Assembly (NCBI GenBank): GCA_947649365.1
Contig: CANSRH010000009.1
Location: 1,417 to 65,416, forward strand
DNA length: 64,000 nucleotides
Reading direction: 5' to 3'
DNA from: an uncultured Mycoplasmatota bacterium
GTDB taxonomy: Bacteria; Bacillota_I; Bacilli_A; RF39; UBA660
Shown here: positions 47,053 through 56,737 of the stretch, one piece after another
How the letters are laid out: every line of letters starts with the position of its first letter
Position numbering within the stretch: position 1 is the stretch's first letter
The notes under the pieces: model-generated
Seen by the model: the letters and a program-made list of their open reading frames with translations, nothing else
Database searches by the model: none
What the model was told of the DNA's origin: nothing
Translations under genes and position numbers: made by a program

Positions 47053-47982
47053 CTAATCCATCCTTTCCAACTCTAAATAATTCACTGGGAATCCCATTTT
47101 ATCCATAATTTTTCCAATGCTAATACTTGATAATTTACTATCAAGTAAATTCAACTCGTATTCAATTTCTTTAATCATTTCCTTAAAATCATCAGGTCGT
47201 AATAACTGCTTTAAAATAAGAAGCAAAGCAAACACGTCGTTCTTACCATAAATGTATTCACTATCCAACTTTGGTATTTCTAGCAATTCATGAAATCTTG
47301 TATCCTCAATACTTCTTTGAACCCTATGATCAAATAAAACCTCTTCATGCGCACACAAATTTCTAAAATTTGCTAATATAGGCAAATAAGTCACCAAATC
47401 ATCAGCATCTGTTTTAAAAAGCTCTGCTACTTCCTGTTGATCACGTGACTTTAAAATAATATAAAGTTCACTCACAATTCCAAAAGACAATACTTTCACA
47501 GCAATCCATAATGGAATATATCCATAATTATTTCGATAATGGCTTGTCGCTGTATGACTATCTGCATTTGCTCGTATCTGTCGTTTCATCTTATTAAGCA
47601 AATCATTTACCTGTCGTTTTCTATCTGGAGCCTGATTAAAATTTTCTGGATTCAAATAATCATTTTCTCGAATACCATAGGATTTAGACAACTGATAAGA
47701 CAAAATACTCTTCAAATTATTTTCAACAATCAACAAGTTTTTAAACAAGATATTTCTTAACTGACGATCAAAATTGAACATGCCATAAAGTTCACGAAAC
47801 GATGCTCCTGCTACAAACTTTTTCTCCATTGAGGACTTCATAAACAAAGTTCGATAACCATTTAAAAAGAAATAATTTTCACGAAGCAACACTTCCTTAG
47901 CCAAATAATCATCCTCAACAATTAAACCTTTTTCCTTTAAAATAGCAACTTGTTCGTCTAGAGTTTTAAATATCTTATTCAT
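47053..47982 (-). CDS. Abi-like protein (Abi_2, AbiD/AbiF family)
   Basis: N-terminal LDEQVAILKEKGLIVED...LLRENYFFLNGY and C-terminal NLCAHEE pattern. Confidence 0.75.
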   Translation of the reverse strand: MNKIFKTLDEQVAILKEKGLIVEDDYLAKEVLLRENYFFLNGYRTLFMKSSMEKKFVAGASFRELYGMFNFDRQLRNILFKNLLIVENNLKSILSYQLSKSYGIRENDYLNPENFNQAPDRKRQVNDLLNKMKRQIRANADSHTATSHYRNNYGYIPLWIAVKVLSFGIVSELYIILKSRDQQEVAELFKTDADDLVTYLPILANFRNLCAHEEVLFDHRVQRSIEDTRFHELLEIPKLDSEYIYGKNDVFALLLILKQLLRPDDFKEMIKEIEYELNLLDSKLSSISIGKIMDKMGFPVNYLELERMD

Positions 47983-48078
47983 AGTTTCACCTTAAATCAT
48001 TATAACATACCGACAAAATAGAGTATATATTTTTTGCGTGTTCCTTATGTTATAATAATGTGAAAAGGATGTGAAAAT

Positions 48079-49044
48079 ATGCCTTTAATCACAACACACA
48101 ACATATTTGCAAACGAAGTATTAAAACAAACTGAAAAAAAAATCGCCGATAAAATTAAAGTAAAACAAAACATTTACGAATTATTTGCTCAAGGATTCGA
48201 TCCATTCTTTTTCTACGAACTATTACCAGGAACAAAAAAAATAGCAAATTATTGTCATACCCATCATACAGATGAATTTTTTTTAAACTTCATAGACTAC
48301 ATAAAAAAAGAAAACGCACAAAAGAATGCCACTATATTAGCAGCACTCTATGGACATCTAACACATTATTGTTTAGATAGTACATGTCATCCATATATTA
48401 TTTATAAAACCGGAGAATACGACAAAAAGAAACCAAAAACATTAAAATACAATGGAAAGCACACAGAAATGGAATGGCAAATTGATGCTTATTACTACGA
48501 ACAAACCACTCATCAGGAATTTAGAAAATTTAAAATTCACAAAAACTTAATCACCAAAGAAAAATTTACCAAAGAATTAGTAGAAATAGGGAACAAAACC
48601 TATCAAAAAACATTTAAAATCAAAAAAGGAACAACTAAATACCAAATAGGATGCAAAATAATGTATTATGCATACAAATTTCTAATCACTGATACAACAG
48701 GTAAAAAGAAAAAATGGTACAAATGGATAGATAAATTCACTCCAAAAAAATATGGGATTTATGAAAACTATAGCGCACACATTACTACTATAAATAAATC
48801 CATTTTCAATCTTGAACACAAAATTTGGTACAATCCATGGGACAACAAAATAAAAAGTACAGAATCTTTCTTCGATCTCTACAACAAAGCATTAAAAATT
48901 TGCCTAACCCTTTTTACTGCTACTCATCAATATCTAAATGATGAAATAGAAACAGAAGAATACAAAAAAATTTTACAAGACAAAGCTTACACTACCGGTT
49001 TCTCTTGGAAAATAAAAAAAGAAATGAAATACTTAGAATTTTAA
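48079..49044 (+). CDS. zinc-dependent phospholipase C-like family protein
   Basis: N-terminal ITTHNIFA and His-rich motifs (CHTHHTDEFF, GHLTHYCLDSTCHP). Confidence 0.65.
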   Translation: MPLITTHNIFANEVLKQTEKKIADKIKVKQNIYELFAQGFDPFFFYELLPGTKKIANYCHTHHTDEFFLNFIDYIKKENAQKNATILAALYGHLTHYCLDSTCHPYIIYKTGEYDKKKPKTLKYNGKHTEMEWQIDAYYYEQTTHQEFRKFKIHKNLITKEKFTKELVEIGNKTYQKTFKIKKGTTKYQIGCKIMYYAYKFLITDTTGKKKKWYKWIDKFTPKKYGIYENYSAHITTINKSIFNLEHKIWYNPWDNKIKSTESFFDLYNKALKICLTLFTATHQYLNDEIETEEYKKILQDKAYTTGFSWKIKKEMKYLEF

Positions 49045-49692
49045 ACGAGCAACAGAACTTGCAATAATAGAAGCAAGTTTTTTTTGATACTCTTTTGTCA
49101 CCAACAATCCTCGTTCTCTTGCATTTGACAAAAATCCACACTCTATTAAAACACCTGTTGTTTTAAGACGACTATACATATAAGTACTTGTAGGAATCGT
49201 TTTTACTTCTCGATTGGTTTTCAATGATCCATTTAAATCACTCTGAATTTGTTCTGCCATTGCTTTATTATATTCGCTCTTATTATTATAAAAAACTTGA
49301 GGGCCATAATAAGAACTATCTCCCAAATAATTCAAATGAATGGACAAATAATAATCTGCTCCACTGGTATTAATAATTTGAATCCGATTATCAAAATCAC
49401 TTTTCTTACGCCAAGAAGATTTTGGCTTCGATAAATCATAGTCTCCATAACGAATCAAAACGACTTCTGCTCCTAGTTTTTTCAACTCTTCTTCCAATGC
49501 CAAAGAAATCGAAAGATTAATATCTTTTTCATAAATGGTTTTATACATGGTTCCTGGATCCAACCCACCATGACCACTATCTATAACTACTTTTTTTCCA
49601 GCCAAAGGAAGACTCGCAAAAACAATTTTCTCTGACAAAAAAGAAAGCAATACTATAAACACAATTCCAACTTTTACAAAATACATTTTCAT
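49033..49692 (-). CDS. cwlD: germination-specific N-acetylmuramoyl-L-alanine amidase CwlD
   Basis: Signal anchor plus VIDSGHGGLDPG...ISIHLN...ECGF. Position after rpsI as in B. subtilis. Confidence 0.85.
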   Translation of the reverse strand: MKMYFVKVGIVFIVLLSFLSEKIVFASLPLAGKKVVIDSGHGGLDPGTMYKTIYEKDINLSISLALEEELKKLGAEVVLIRYGDYDLSKPKSSWRKKSDFDNRIQIINTSGADYYLSIHLNYLGDSSYYGPQVFYNNKSEYNKAMAEQIQSDLNGSLKTNREVKTIPTSTYMYSRLKTTGVLIECGFLSNARERGLLVTKEYQKKLASIIASSVARLKF

Positions 49693-49722
49693 AATAAAGT
49701 ATATGCAACTAAGAAAAAATGA

Positions 49723-50055
49723 TTATCTTAATTGAAAAGAACCCATAGAAATCTTTTCTCCTGTTTCCTTATTAAATGCTATTACCCGATTCATAAATAA
49801 TTCTTTAATAACAGAAGAAACTCTTATACTAAGAATATCTTTACCCGAAAGAATAACATCAGAAAAATAAGTATTGCCATCTAGATAACCAAATCGATAC
49901 CACAAAGGCGTTACATCTTCTTCTTTTTGAAAATCTAACCCTACTCCCAATTTAGTAAATTCTATTAATTTTTCCTTCCCTGCTACAAATCCCGTTTTGT
50001 ATTGAATAAATTCATCACTAACAATTTCTTTTATCAAAAAACCATCTTTCCTCAT
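49723..50055 (-). CDS. hypothetical 110-aa protein
   Basis: ORF between rpsI and cwlD, where B. subtilis has ybaJ/ybaK. Confidence 0.45.
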   Translation of the reverse strand: MRKDGFLIKEIVSDEFIQYKTGFVAGKEKLIEFTKLGVGLDFQKEEDVTPLWYRFGYLDGNTYFSDVILSGKDILSIRVSSVIKELFMNRVIAFNKETGEKISMGSFQLR

Positions 50056-50092
50056 TTTTTAATTATTCATAATTATAGCATATATAAAAAAC

Positions 50093-50118
50093 AAAAAAAA
50101 CCTCGCCCAAAGGCAAGG
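50093..50118 (-). terminator. rho-independent terminator after rpsI
   Basis: CCUUGCC/GGCGAGG stem with a 4-nt loop, then U8 on the minus strand. Confidence 0.7.
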
Positions 50119-50132
50119 TGAGAAAATATTTT

Positions 50133-50552
50133 TTAACGTTTACTAAATTGTGGTGCTCTACGTGCTTTCTTAAGTCCTGGTTTCTTACGTTCTTTCACTC
50201 TTGGATCTCTAGTAACAAAACCTTGAGTTTTAAGAATTTTACGATAAGAATCTTCTCTTGTTTGATCAGAATTTGCGTCATATGCAAGAAGCGCTCTTGT
50301 AATACCCAAACGGATTGCTCCAGTTTGTCCAGAAAAACCTCCACCTTTAACAGTAACGGTAATATCGAATTTATTTTCGTTATTTGTTGCAACTAAAGGT
50401 TGTTTTAAATCCATTACAAGTGTAGCATAAGGCATATAATCATTTACATCTACACCATTAACTGTAATTTTTCCTGTTCCGCTAACAAGTGTAACTTGTG
50501 CACTAGAACGTTTTCTACGTCCAGTAGCAGACCAACTTTGTTTTGTAGCCAT
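50133..50552 (-). CDS. rpsI: 30S ribosomal protein S9
   Basis: GGGFSGQTGAIRLGITRAL and C-terminal KKARRAPQFSKR. Confidence 0.97.
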   Translation of the reverse strand: MATKQSWSATGRRKRSSAQVTLVSGTGKITVNGVDVNDYMPYATLVMDLKQPLVATNNENKFDITVTVKGGGFSGQTGAIRLGITRALLAYDANSDQTREDSYRKILKTQGFVTRDPRVKERKKPGLKKARRAPQFSKR

Positions 50553-50561
50553 AATACCCTC

Positions 50562-50993
50562 CTAATCAACTTTCATTTCTGTAGGTTGTTGAGCTGTATG
50601 CATGTGTTCACTACCTGCATAAACAAATAATTTCTTAGCCATTTGTCTACCAAGTCTATTATGAGGAAGCATTCCTTTAACAGCACGTTCAACCATTTCT
50701 TCTGGATAATGTTCAATCATAGTTTTAGCATTACGTTCACGTAATCCTCCAGTATATCCACTATGATTATAATACATCTTATCGTTTAACTTATTACCAG
50801 TTAAGTTTACCTTAGAAGCATTCACTAAAATAACATAATCTCCACAATCAACATGAGGAGTATAAGTCACTTTATGTTTACCTCTTAAAATAGTAGCAGC
50901 ACGAGTTGCAATACGACCTAAATTTTTACCTTCACAATCGATTACATACCATTTACGTTCAATATTTTCTTTTTTTTGCATGAATGTTTTCAT
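50562..50993 (-). CDS. rplM: 50S ribosomal protein L13
   Basis: [27 protein letters not shown] is a typical L13 N-terminus. The track ORF extends into the 5' UTR up to 51056. Confidence 0.95.
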   Translation of the reverse strand: MKTFMQKKENIERKWYVIDCEGKNLGRIATRAATILRGKHKVTYTPHVDCGDYVILVNASKVNLTGNKLNDKMYYNHSGYTGGLRERNAKTMIEHYPEEMVERAVKGMLPHNRLGRQMAKKLFVYAGSEHMHTAQQPTEMKVD

Positions 50994-51079
50994 TGCATAC
51001 TTTCCTTTCATTAGTTTTTCAAACCATCTGCTTTCCCAGGGCATTTGGTCTTTCAAACAAATAAAATGTACCAGTTAAA

Positions 51080-51108
51080 ATTATATGCAACAAACCCCCA
51101 AAAGTCAA
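51080..51108 (-). promoter_or_regulatory. sigma-A-type promoter of rplM-rpsI (TTGACT-17-TATAAT)
   Basis: Hexamers read on the minus strand. Leaves a 5' UTR of about 80 nt. Confidence 0.55.
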
Positions 51109-51123
51109 ACAAAAAACACAAAT

Positions 51124-51444
51124 TTAACGTGAATTTACGTACTTTTCCTCCAATTTGTCAAATTCTTCTTTATTGTATCCTAATATTTCAGGAATTCTAA
51201 CACTTCTAGCAAGCTTTATACAATTGAAGACCATATATAAATCTTCTCTAGAAAGTTTATGAACATTTTCCCAATGTGTATCAATAAGTAAGACAATTTC
51301 TCCTAAAATAAAGGTTATTTTCCATTTTGACTTTCGAATAGCACGACATAAATCATTATATAAAGCATTCAATCGAATAGAAAATTCTAAATCTTTATCA
51401 AGTAAATAACCATTCCCTAATAATTCTAATTCCTCATTCGTCAT
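51124..51444 (-). CDS. hypothetical ~106-aa protein
   Basis: The likely start MTNEELELL overlaps the truA end. Confidence 0.4.
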   Translation of the reverse strand: MTNEELELLGNGYLLDKDLEFSIRLNALYNDLCRAIRKSKWKITFILGEIVLLIDTHWENVHKLSREDLYMVFNCIKLARSVRIPEILGYNKEEFDKLEEKYVNSR

Positions 51445-52162
51445 AACAAACCTCCTCCAAATATAACCCCTGTGATTTTGCAGTACGTAACTGATAATCA
51501 AAATTTTTAACCTTTAACATTTTCTCTAACAAAAGTATATCACAATTTCCTTCGTTATAGTCTAACATAGCTCCAACCAAATTACGAACCATATACCGAT
51601 AAAAACTCTTACCTACAAAACGAATAGTAATTACATTCTCACTTTCTAAAATATTCACATCATAAATCGTTCCATTAGAATTATCCCGAAAACCAGAAAC
51701 AAAATTATGAAAATCGTATTGTCCTACAAAAAGACATGCGCATTCTTTTAATTTCTCTATATCTATCGGATTATCATATTGCAAAAAATAATCTTCTTTA
51801 AAAGGAGAAAAGTCCCCTCTCCATATTTTATAAACATAGCTTTTCTTTTGAGCAGAAAAACGAGCATGAAAATCATCACTTACTTTTTTACACAATACAA
51901 CATGAATATATGGATGAACAATCGAATTAATCGCTCGTTTTAAACGTTCTGCTGGAACAATTACATCTAAATCAAAATGCACCCCTTGCCCATAAGCATG
52001 CACCCCTACATCTGTTCTACCAGCTCCCTTAACTACAACAGGACTTTTATTAATTAAAGACAAAGCACTTTCTAATTCCCCTTGAATAGTTTTTTTATGA
52101 CTTTGTCTTTGAAATCCGAAAAACTTGCTCCCATCATATTGAATCTTAATAAAATAACGCAT
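51434..52162 (-). CDS. truA: tRNA pseudouridine(38-40) synthase
   Basis: YDGSKFFGFQRQ and GAGRTDVGVHA catalytic-Asp motif. Confidence 0.95.
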   Translation of the reverse strand: MRYFIKIQYDGSKFFGFQRQSHKKTIQGELESALSLINKSPVVVKGAGRTDVGVHAYGQGVHFDLDVIVPAERLKRAINSIVHPYIHVVLCKKVSDDFHARFSAQKKSYVYKIWRGDFSPFKEDYFLQYDNPIDIEKLKECACLFVGQYDFHNFVSGFRDNSNGTIYDVNILESENVITIRFVGKSFYRYMVRNLVGAMLDYNEGNCDILLLEKMLKVKNFDYQLRTAKSQGLYLEEVCYDE

Positions 52163-52164
52163 AA

Positions 52165-52803
52165 TTACACTTCCCTATAAATAGCCTTAATTAGCTCTCT
52201 CATATCTGTATAAGGAAGTAATTTTTTACCAGTAGCATTCACATACTTAACAAACTCTACAATTTTTGGTGTCCCTAAAAGTTCCAACAATCTTTCCTCA
52301 TAAAAAGTAGGAGAAACAAACACTTCCAATTCATCTTTTTCATTCTTCACAACAATACGATCTACTAAATCAAACAAAAACTCTAACTTACTATCAAGAA
52401 GTACAATAGTCTTTCCATACTTAGAAACCAACTTCTTAAACAATTTTTTAAAATAAGCAAGTTCTTTCTCCATAAAATAAGAATCAAATTTATAGAACAC
52501 AAACATATCCACATTTTTAATTAACAAAATAGCAAATTCTACCTTAACAATTTCTGATTTAGAAAGAACACTCATTTTTCTATCAAGAACAATTAGAGAT
52601 AAGGAAACCAACTTCAAACTATCAAAAAGTCTTTTCTCCTCACAAGAAGTTGCTTTTAAAATATAATCCTTCACCAAAATATCTTTATAATAATCCTCTA
52701 TATGCAAAAAACAAGAGGAATCATTAGAAACTAAGAAAGAATCTATATGCAAATGATTAAAAGCATTTACTTTTCCCTTTTTCACAAAACAATTTACTTC
52801 CAT
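52165..52803 (-). CDS. degenerate ABC/ECF ATPase-like protein lacking Walker A
   Basis: Retains a signature-to-Walker-B-like region (LSKSEIVKVEFAILL...FVFYKFDSY) and an EcfA-like C-terminal tail. No P-loop. Confidence 0.5.
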   Translation of the reverse strand: MEVNCFVKKGKVNAFNHLHIDSFLVSNDSSCFLHIEDYYKDILVKDYILKATSCEEKRLFDSLKLVSLSLIVLDRKMSVLSKSEIVKVEFAILLIKNVDMFVFYKFDSYFMEKELAYFKKLFKKLVSKYGKTIVLLDSKLEFLFDLVDRIVVKNEKDELEVFVSPTFYEERLLELLGTPKIVEFVKYVNATGKKLLPYTDMRELIKAIYREV

Positions 52804-53528
52804 AAAGCATCCACCAATTCTTTCTTCGTTACATATATAGAATCCAAAAGCCCATATAACTTCAATTGAATAGACAAATCTACATAAAAAGGCAAACCAA
52901 TTCCCAAACGTTTCAATAATTTTTCCTCTTGCAAAACTTGCATGGTCTTTCCTTCTATAGCAATCTTTCCTTGATCCAACACCATCATATAATCATAAGC
53001 TAAAGCTTCCTCAATAGTTTTAGAAACAGTAACCAAAGTAATATTTTTTTTCTTAATAAAACTAAAAACTTTTTTTCTATTCTTTTCACTTAAATAAGAA
53101 AAAACTTCATCAACAAAAAGCAAATCCGGACTGGTAAGAAAAGCTTGACAAAAAAGGACTAGTTTTTTTTCTTCGATGGAAAGGTCATTGGGATTCTTAT
53201 GCATCAACTTTTTAGGCAAAAAAGTAAAAACAATTTTTTGATCTTCCTCTTCCAGTGTAACCAATTTCAATTCATCTTCCACTGTATTTGTATAAAAGAA
53301 ATTTTTATCAAACACCACAGCAATTTTTCCTTTACGATTCATTTTACCACGATACTTAATTTGTTTAGCAATTGCTTTTAACAACATGCTCTTTCCGCTG
53401 GCATTCGTTCCACATAAAAAGACATTTACTTTTTCATAAAAATCTATAGAATCAATAGAAAGCAAAGTTTCATTATTCGTTTCGATATGCAAATCCTTAA
53501 TTTCCAATAACTTCTTCATAACCATCAC
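52794..53528 (-). CDS. ABC transporter ATP-binding protein, EcfA-like, with degenerate catalytic motifs
   Basis: Walker A GTNASGKS and Walker B LLFVDE. The signature is LSIEEKK instead of LSGGQ, and there is no H-loop His. Confidence 0.65.
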   Translation of the reverse strand: MMVMKKLLEIKDLHIETNNETLLSIDSIDFYEKVNVFLCGTNASGKSMLLKAIAKQIKYRGKMNRKGKIAVVFDKNFFYTNTVEDELKLVTLEEEDQKIVFTFLPKKLMHKNPNDLSIEEKKLVLFCQAFLTSPDLLFVDEVFSYLSEKNRKKVFSFIKKKNITLVTVSKTIEEALAYDYMMVLDQGKIAIEGKTMQVLQEEKLLKRLGIGLPFYVDLSIQLKLYGLLDSIYVTKKELVDALWK

Positions 53529-53593
53529 TTAACTTACTATTATAAAAAAGAAATCAAAAAAAGCAATTCTTTTTTAGCAAATAAAAAAAGGAA

Positions 53594-53902
53594 TTACTCC
53601 TCCGAACCATTTGGCAACTTAATAATCACTTCATTAGGCAAAGAATATAAATACTTCTCTCTGGCATAACGAGCTACATAATTTTGGTCTTGTAACTTTG
53701 TAATTTCCGATTGCAAAGACTCTTCTTCATGCAATAAATCCTTGTATTGATTAGACAATAAAACAATTTCATTTCTATTTTTTAAAATTTGACAAAAATC
53801 TTGAAAGACACTTGTAATAATAGTTGCCACAAGTAATAAAATCAAGCATGATAAAAAAGTCAAACGTCTTTTCACTTTTTTAGTAATCATTTTACTCTTC
53901 AT
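53594..53902 (-). CDS. divIC: septum formation initiator (DivIC/FtsB family)
   Basis: TM plus a leucine-zipper-like coiled coil plus YVARYAREKY. Follows yabQ as in B. subtilis. Confidence 0.75.
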   Translation of the reverse strand: MKSKMITKKVKRRLTFLSCLILLLVATIITSVFQDFCQILKNRNEIVLLSNQYKDLLHEEESLQSEITKLQDQNYVARYAREKYLYSLPNEVIIKLPNGSEE

Positions 53903-53942
53903 GACAACACTCCTATCCTATGGGAATTATAGCATTAATGAG

Positions 53943-54248
53943 TTATCGTTTCAATTTCTTTCCTAAAACTTTACATATTTTTCGAAATCTTTTACAATAC
54001 CTCCAACCAAACAAAAATCCTCCAGCCAAAAGAAGAAGAAAATACGCATGAATGATTCCATAATTAATTTTGTACATAAGCAAAACATACAACAAAGCAA
54101 TATCAAAGATATATACAAAAGTAATTCCATATTTAATAAAAAGAGAATGTTTCTTTATCATTTTATAATTTAACAAACTTGAAAAATAAAAGAATATACC
54201 AAAAAGAAAAGAAAAAAATAAAGAAAGTAATTGAAGTTTATAATTCAT
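53943..54248 (-). CDS. yabQ: spore cortex biosynthesis protein YabQ
   Basis: Small multi-TM protein immediately after yabP. Confidence 0.65.
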   Translation of the reverse strand: MNYKLQLLSLFFSFLFGIFFYFSSLLNYKMIKKHSLFIKYGITFVYIFDIALLYVLLMYKINYGIIHAYFLLLLAGGFLFGWRYCKRFRKICKVLGKKLKR

Positions 54249-54547
54249 TACTTAAATAGTTTTGTAAAAAAACTTTCCTTATCTTGTTTATTTTCACCAT
54301 CCAAATAAGTAAAACTATTAATCTTTCCTTTTATTTTTACATTCCCATCATGAGTATCCAACCGTAATATCTCAAGACTACTTCCCTTTAATAAAATAAT
54401 TCCCATATTACTTTCCATCAAAAATTCTTCATTATCAAAACTAGTAATCTTTTTTATACCAGACAAAAATATTTCTCTACGGTCTGTAATTTTAAGTTCA
54501 TGTCCACCAATCAAAAGATTGTCCACTTCTCTATCCATAACTAACAC
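54248..54547 (-). CDS. yabP: sporulation protein YabP
   Basis: HELKITDRREIFLSGIKKITSFDNEEFLMESNMGIILLKG matches the YabP pattern. Confidence 0.8.
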   Translation of the reverse strand: MLVMDREVDNLLIGGHELKITDRREIFLSGIKKITSFDNEEFLMESNMGIILLKGSSLEILRLDTHDGNVKIKGKINSFTYLDGENKQDKESFFTKLFK

Positions 54548-54598
54548 GCTCCTAATAAAGAGTATGAATAGAAAAGAAAAAATATGACAGACGCCATA

Positions 54599-55774
54599 TT
54601 AGTTTATTTCAATTTTATATGGATTTTCTTGACTTCCATCTCCATCAGAAATATTTACATTAGAGGATAAATATAAAGCAGGAAATACACTATATTGATT
54701 TAAATATACCCCAGATTCTCCCACTCCAAATGAAGAAAGACAATAAGCATTCAATCCACTTGGCATTAAAGTCCATAAAGTTGTACTAGGAAGTAACCAA
54801 TTATTCTTACCGCAATCATTTATACTATAAGAAGTTCCTAAAGTTTCATTTAAACACACTTCTCTGCTTTGAGATTCACCTCCGCTTGTTGCAAAACCAT
54901 AATCACTTGGATACAACAATGCTATTTTACCTATCCATGTTTTAGGCCTTCCATTTAACGCTTCTCCTCTTTCTCTAGTATAGAATTCGCTTGTTGTAAT
55001 ATTCTTTGATGAACTTGCTCCTAAATTCCACACAATACTAGCTAGCATATCTTGAGAATTGCTTGATAATTCTTTATAAAAATCTATATTTAAAATTTGG
55101 GTATTTAAACTACTGTTTATCCAATTATTTGTAGAAGATGAACTACTTCTTCCACTCCAATAATAATCCCCTATACTCTCATTCCTTACTATCTTAACAA
55201 GTCTTCCAACATTACCTTCACTATCAGTAATATTATTCATAACCCCAATAATCCGCCATAACTCTCCATTGAATTCTACATAATTATTAGGATTCGCACC
55301 AACATATCTCAAATTATTATCAGCAGTTTCGTCATATACTAGTTCTGTACTATTATTAGCTATACTTATCAAATAATCGGAAGCATTATTTGAAGTATTT
55401 GTAACAAAAGACAATGTACAAGTTGTTTTACTATTAGATAAATTACTTACAAAAACACCCCATTTTTCATTATCCCATTCTCCTATGGCTTCATTATCAC
55501 AAACTACACTATCAAAATTATATCCTGCATTCTTTTTGGGTATAGTAGTTGAAGATGCGCCATCTAATAAAACAGCAAATTCTATATCTCCTTTGCTAAA
55601 ATGTGGCACTTTTCCTCTCAACACATTAAATGTTTTTTCTTCTTTATATAACGCATAACTTCTGTACAAAATTATACTTCCTATAAGAATTAGAATTCCT
55701 ATTATGGAGCCTACTATTATTTTCCTTTGTTTTCTCATTCCCTCAAACTTTTTTAATTTCATAGATTTTCCCAA
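54599..55774 (-). CDS. N-terminally anchored secreted protein
   Basis: TM anchor IIVGSIIGILILIGSIILYRSYALYKE. The C-terminus reads ...VFPALYLSSNVNISDGDGSQENPYKIE. Confidence 0.55.
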   Translation of the reverse strand: MGKSMKLKKFEGMRKQRKIIVGSIIGILILIGSIILYRSYALYKEEKTFNVLRGKVPHFSKGDIEFAVLLDGASSTTIPKKNAGYNFDSVVCDNEAIGEWDNEKWGVFVSNLSNSKTTCTLSFVTNTSNNASDYLISIANNSTELVYDETADNNLRYVGANPNNYVEFNGELWRIIGVMNNITDSEGNVGRLVKIVRNESIGDYYWSGRSSSSSTNNWINSSLNTQILNIDFYKELSSNSQDMLASIVWNLGASSSKNITTSEFYTRERGEALNGRPKTWIGKIALLYPSDYGFATSGGESQSREVCLNETLGTSYSINDCGKNNWLLPSTTLWTLMPSGLNAYCLSSFGVGESGVYLNQYSVFPALYLSSNVNISDGDGSQENPYKIEIN

Positions 55775-55888
55775 CTTTCATGTGGAATATCTCCACAGAT
55801 AATAATTACATTATACTCCGTATTTCTCCACATATCAAGAAATAAATTCGGAAAAATACGACAATTGCAAATAAGAGGTGCAAAAAAC

Positions 55889-56128
55889 ATGATTGGAAAA
55901 ATACTTAAAACTATGCGCAGAGAAAGTAAATTAACTCAAGAACAATTAGCAGAACAAGCCTATTTAGGAAGAACTACATTAAGTGATTATGAACGAATGA
56001 AAACAGACATAAATTTTGAAACTATAGAACGTATTGCAAACATTTGCGGATACGAAATATTATTTATCAATAAAAAAGACAAAACAAAAATTTTATCTTC
56101 AAACAATATTGAACGTAAAGAAATATAA
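55889..56128 (+). CDS. XRE-family HTH transcriptional regulator
   Basis: LTQEQLAEQAYLGRTTLSDYERMK. Divergent from 54599..55774. Confidence 0.8.
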   Translation: MIGKILKTMRRESKLTQEQLAEQAYLGRTTLSDYERMKTDINFETIERIANICGYEILFINKKDKTKILSSNNIERKEI

Positions 56129-56136
56129 AATTTCAT

Positions 56137-56164
56137 AAAAAAAATCTAGTTTCCTAGATTTTTT
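56137..56164. terminator. bidirectional terminator between XRE gene and spoVG
   Basis: ATCTAG/CTAGAT stem flanked by an A-run and a T-run. Confidence 0.5.
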
Positions 56165-56165
56165 C

Positions 56166-56435
56166 TTATTCAGCTTCTACTTCAGCTTTATTATATTCAT
56201 CTAATATAGCTTGTTGAAACATATTACGAACATCGGTATTGATTGGATGTGCAATATCTTTATACTCACCAGTAGCTGTTTTTCTACTTGGCATAGCTAT
56301 AAATAGACCATTATCTCCTTCAATAATTCGGATGTCATGAATAGCAAAAGAATTATCGATAACGACAGTTGCTATTCCTTTCATTCTGTTACCATCTCTT
56401 TCAAATTTACGTACGGTTACTGTTGTAATTTCCAT
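56166..56435 (-). CDS. spoVG: septation/sporulation protein SpoVG
   Basis: [11 protein letters not shown]...[32 protein letters not shown]. Confidence 0.95.
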   Translation of the reverse strand: MEITTVTVRKFERDGNRMKGIATVVIDNSFAIHDIRIIEGDNGLFIAMPSRKTATGEYKDIAHPINTDVRNMFQQAILDEYNKAEVEAE

Positions 56436-56515
56436 GTGCTTACTCTCCTTCTAAAGTTTTATTTTTAGTAACTTAATACCATTGTAATCCATATTTTGGA
56501 AGTAATCAAGTATTT

Positions 56516-56728
56516 TTACAAGTACTTGATACTTATTTCACCTGTGGCAATATCGGAATAAGTAAAACTTTTCTCTACGCCATTCACATTTACCATAAAA
56601 ATACTTGGATAAACATTTGAAATATATCCTTTCACTTCATAATTTTTATTTCGAAGACCAAATACAGAAATGTCTACCATATCGTGCAAATGTTTTTTTA
56701 CTTCTTCCTTAATAGAATTTAAATTCAT
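56516..56728 (-). CDS. veg: Veg protein
   Basis: YPSIFMVNV...FTYSDI pattern. Between yabG and spoVG. Confidence 0.8.
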   Translation of the reverse strand: MNLNSIKEEVKKHLHDMVDISVFGLRNKNYEVKGYISNVYPSIFMVNVNGVEKSFTYSDIATGEISIKYL

Positions 56729-56737
56729 AACTCCCCC

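Noticed and set aside
50994-51056. These are N-terminal extensions of track ORFs: rplM to 51056, the 111-aa ORF to 34345, the 316-aa ORF to 32180, pcrA to 10766 and the HD protein to 27091.
   Set aside because: Internal Met codons preceded by good Shine-Dalgarno sequences reproduce canonical N-termini such as the L13 MKTFMQKK. The extensions also cover promoter hexamers or the preceding gene.
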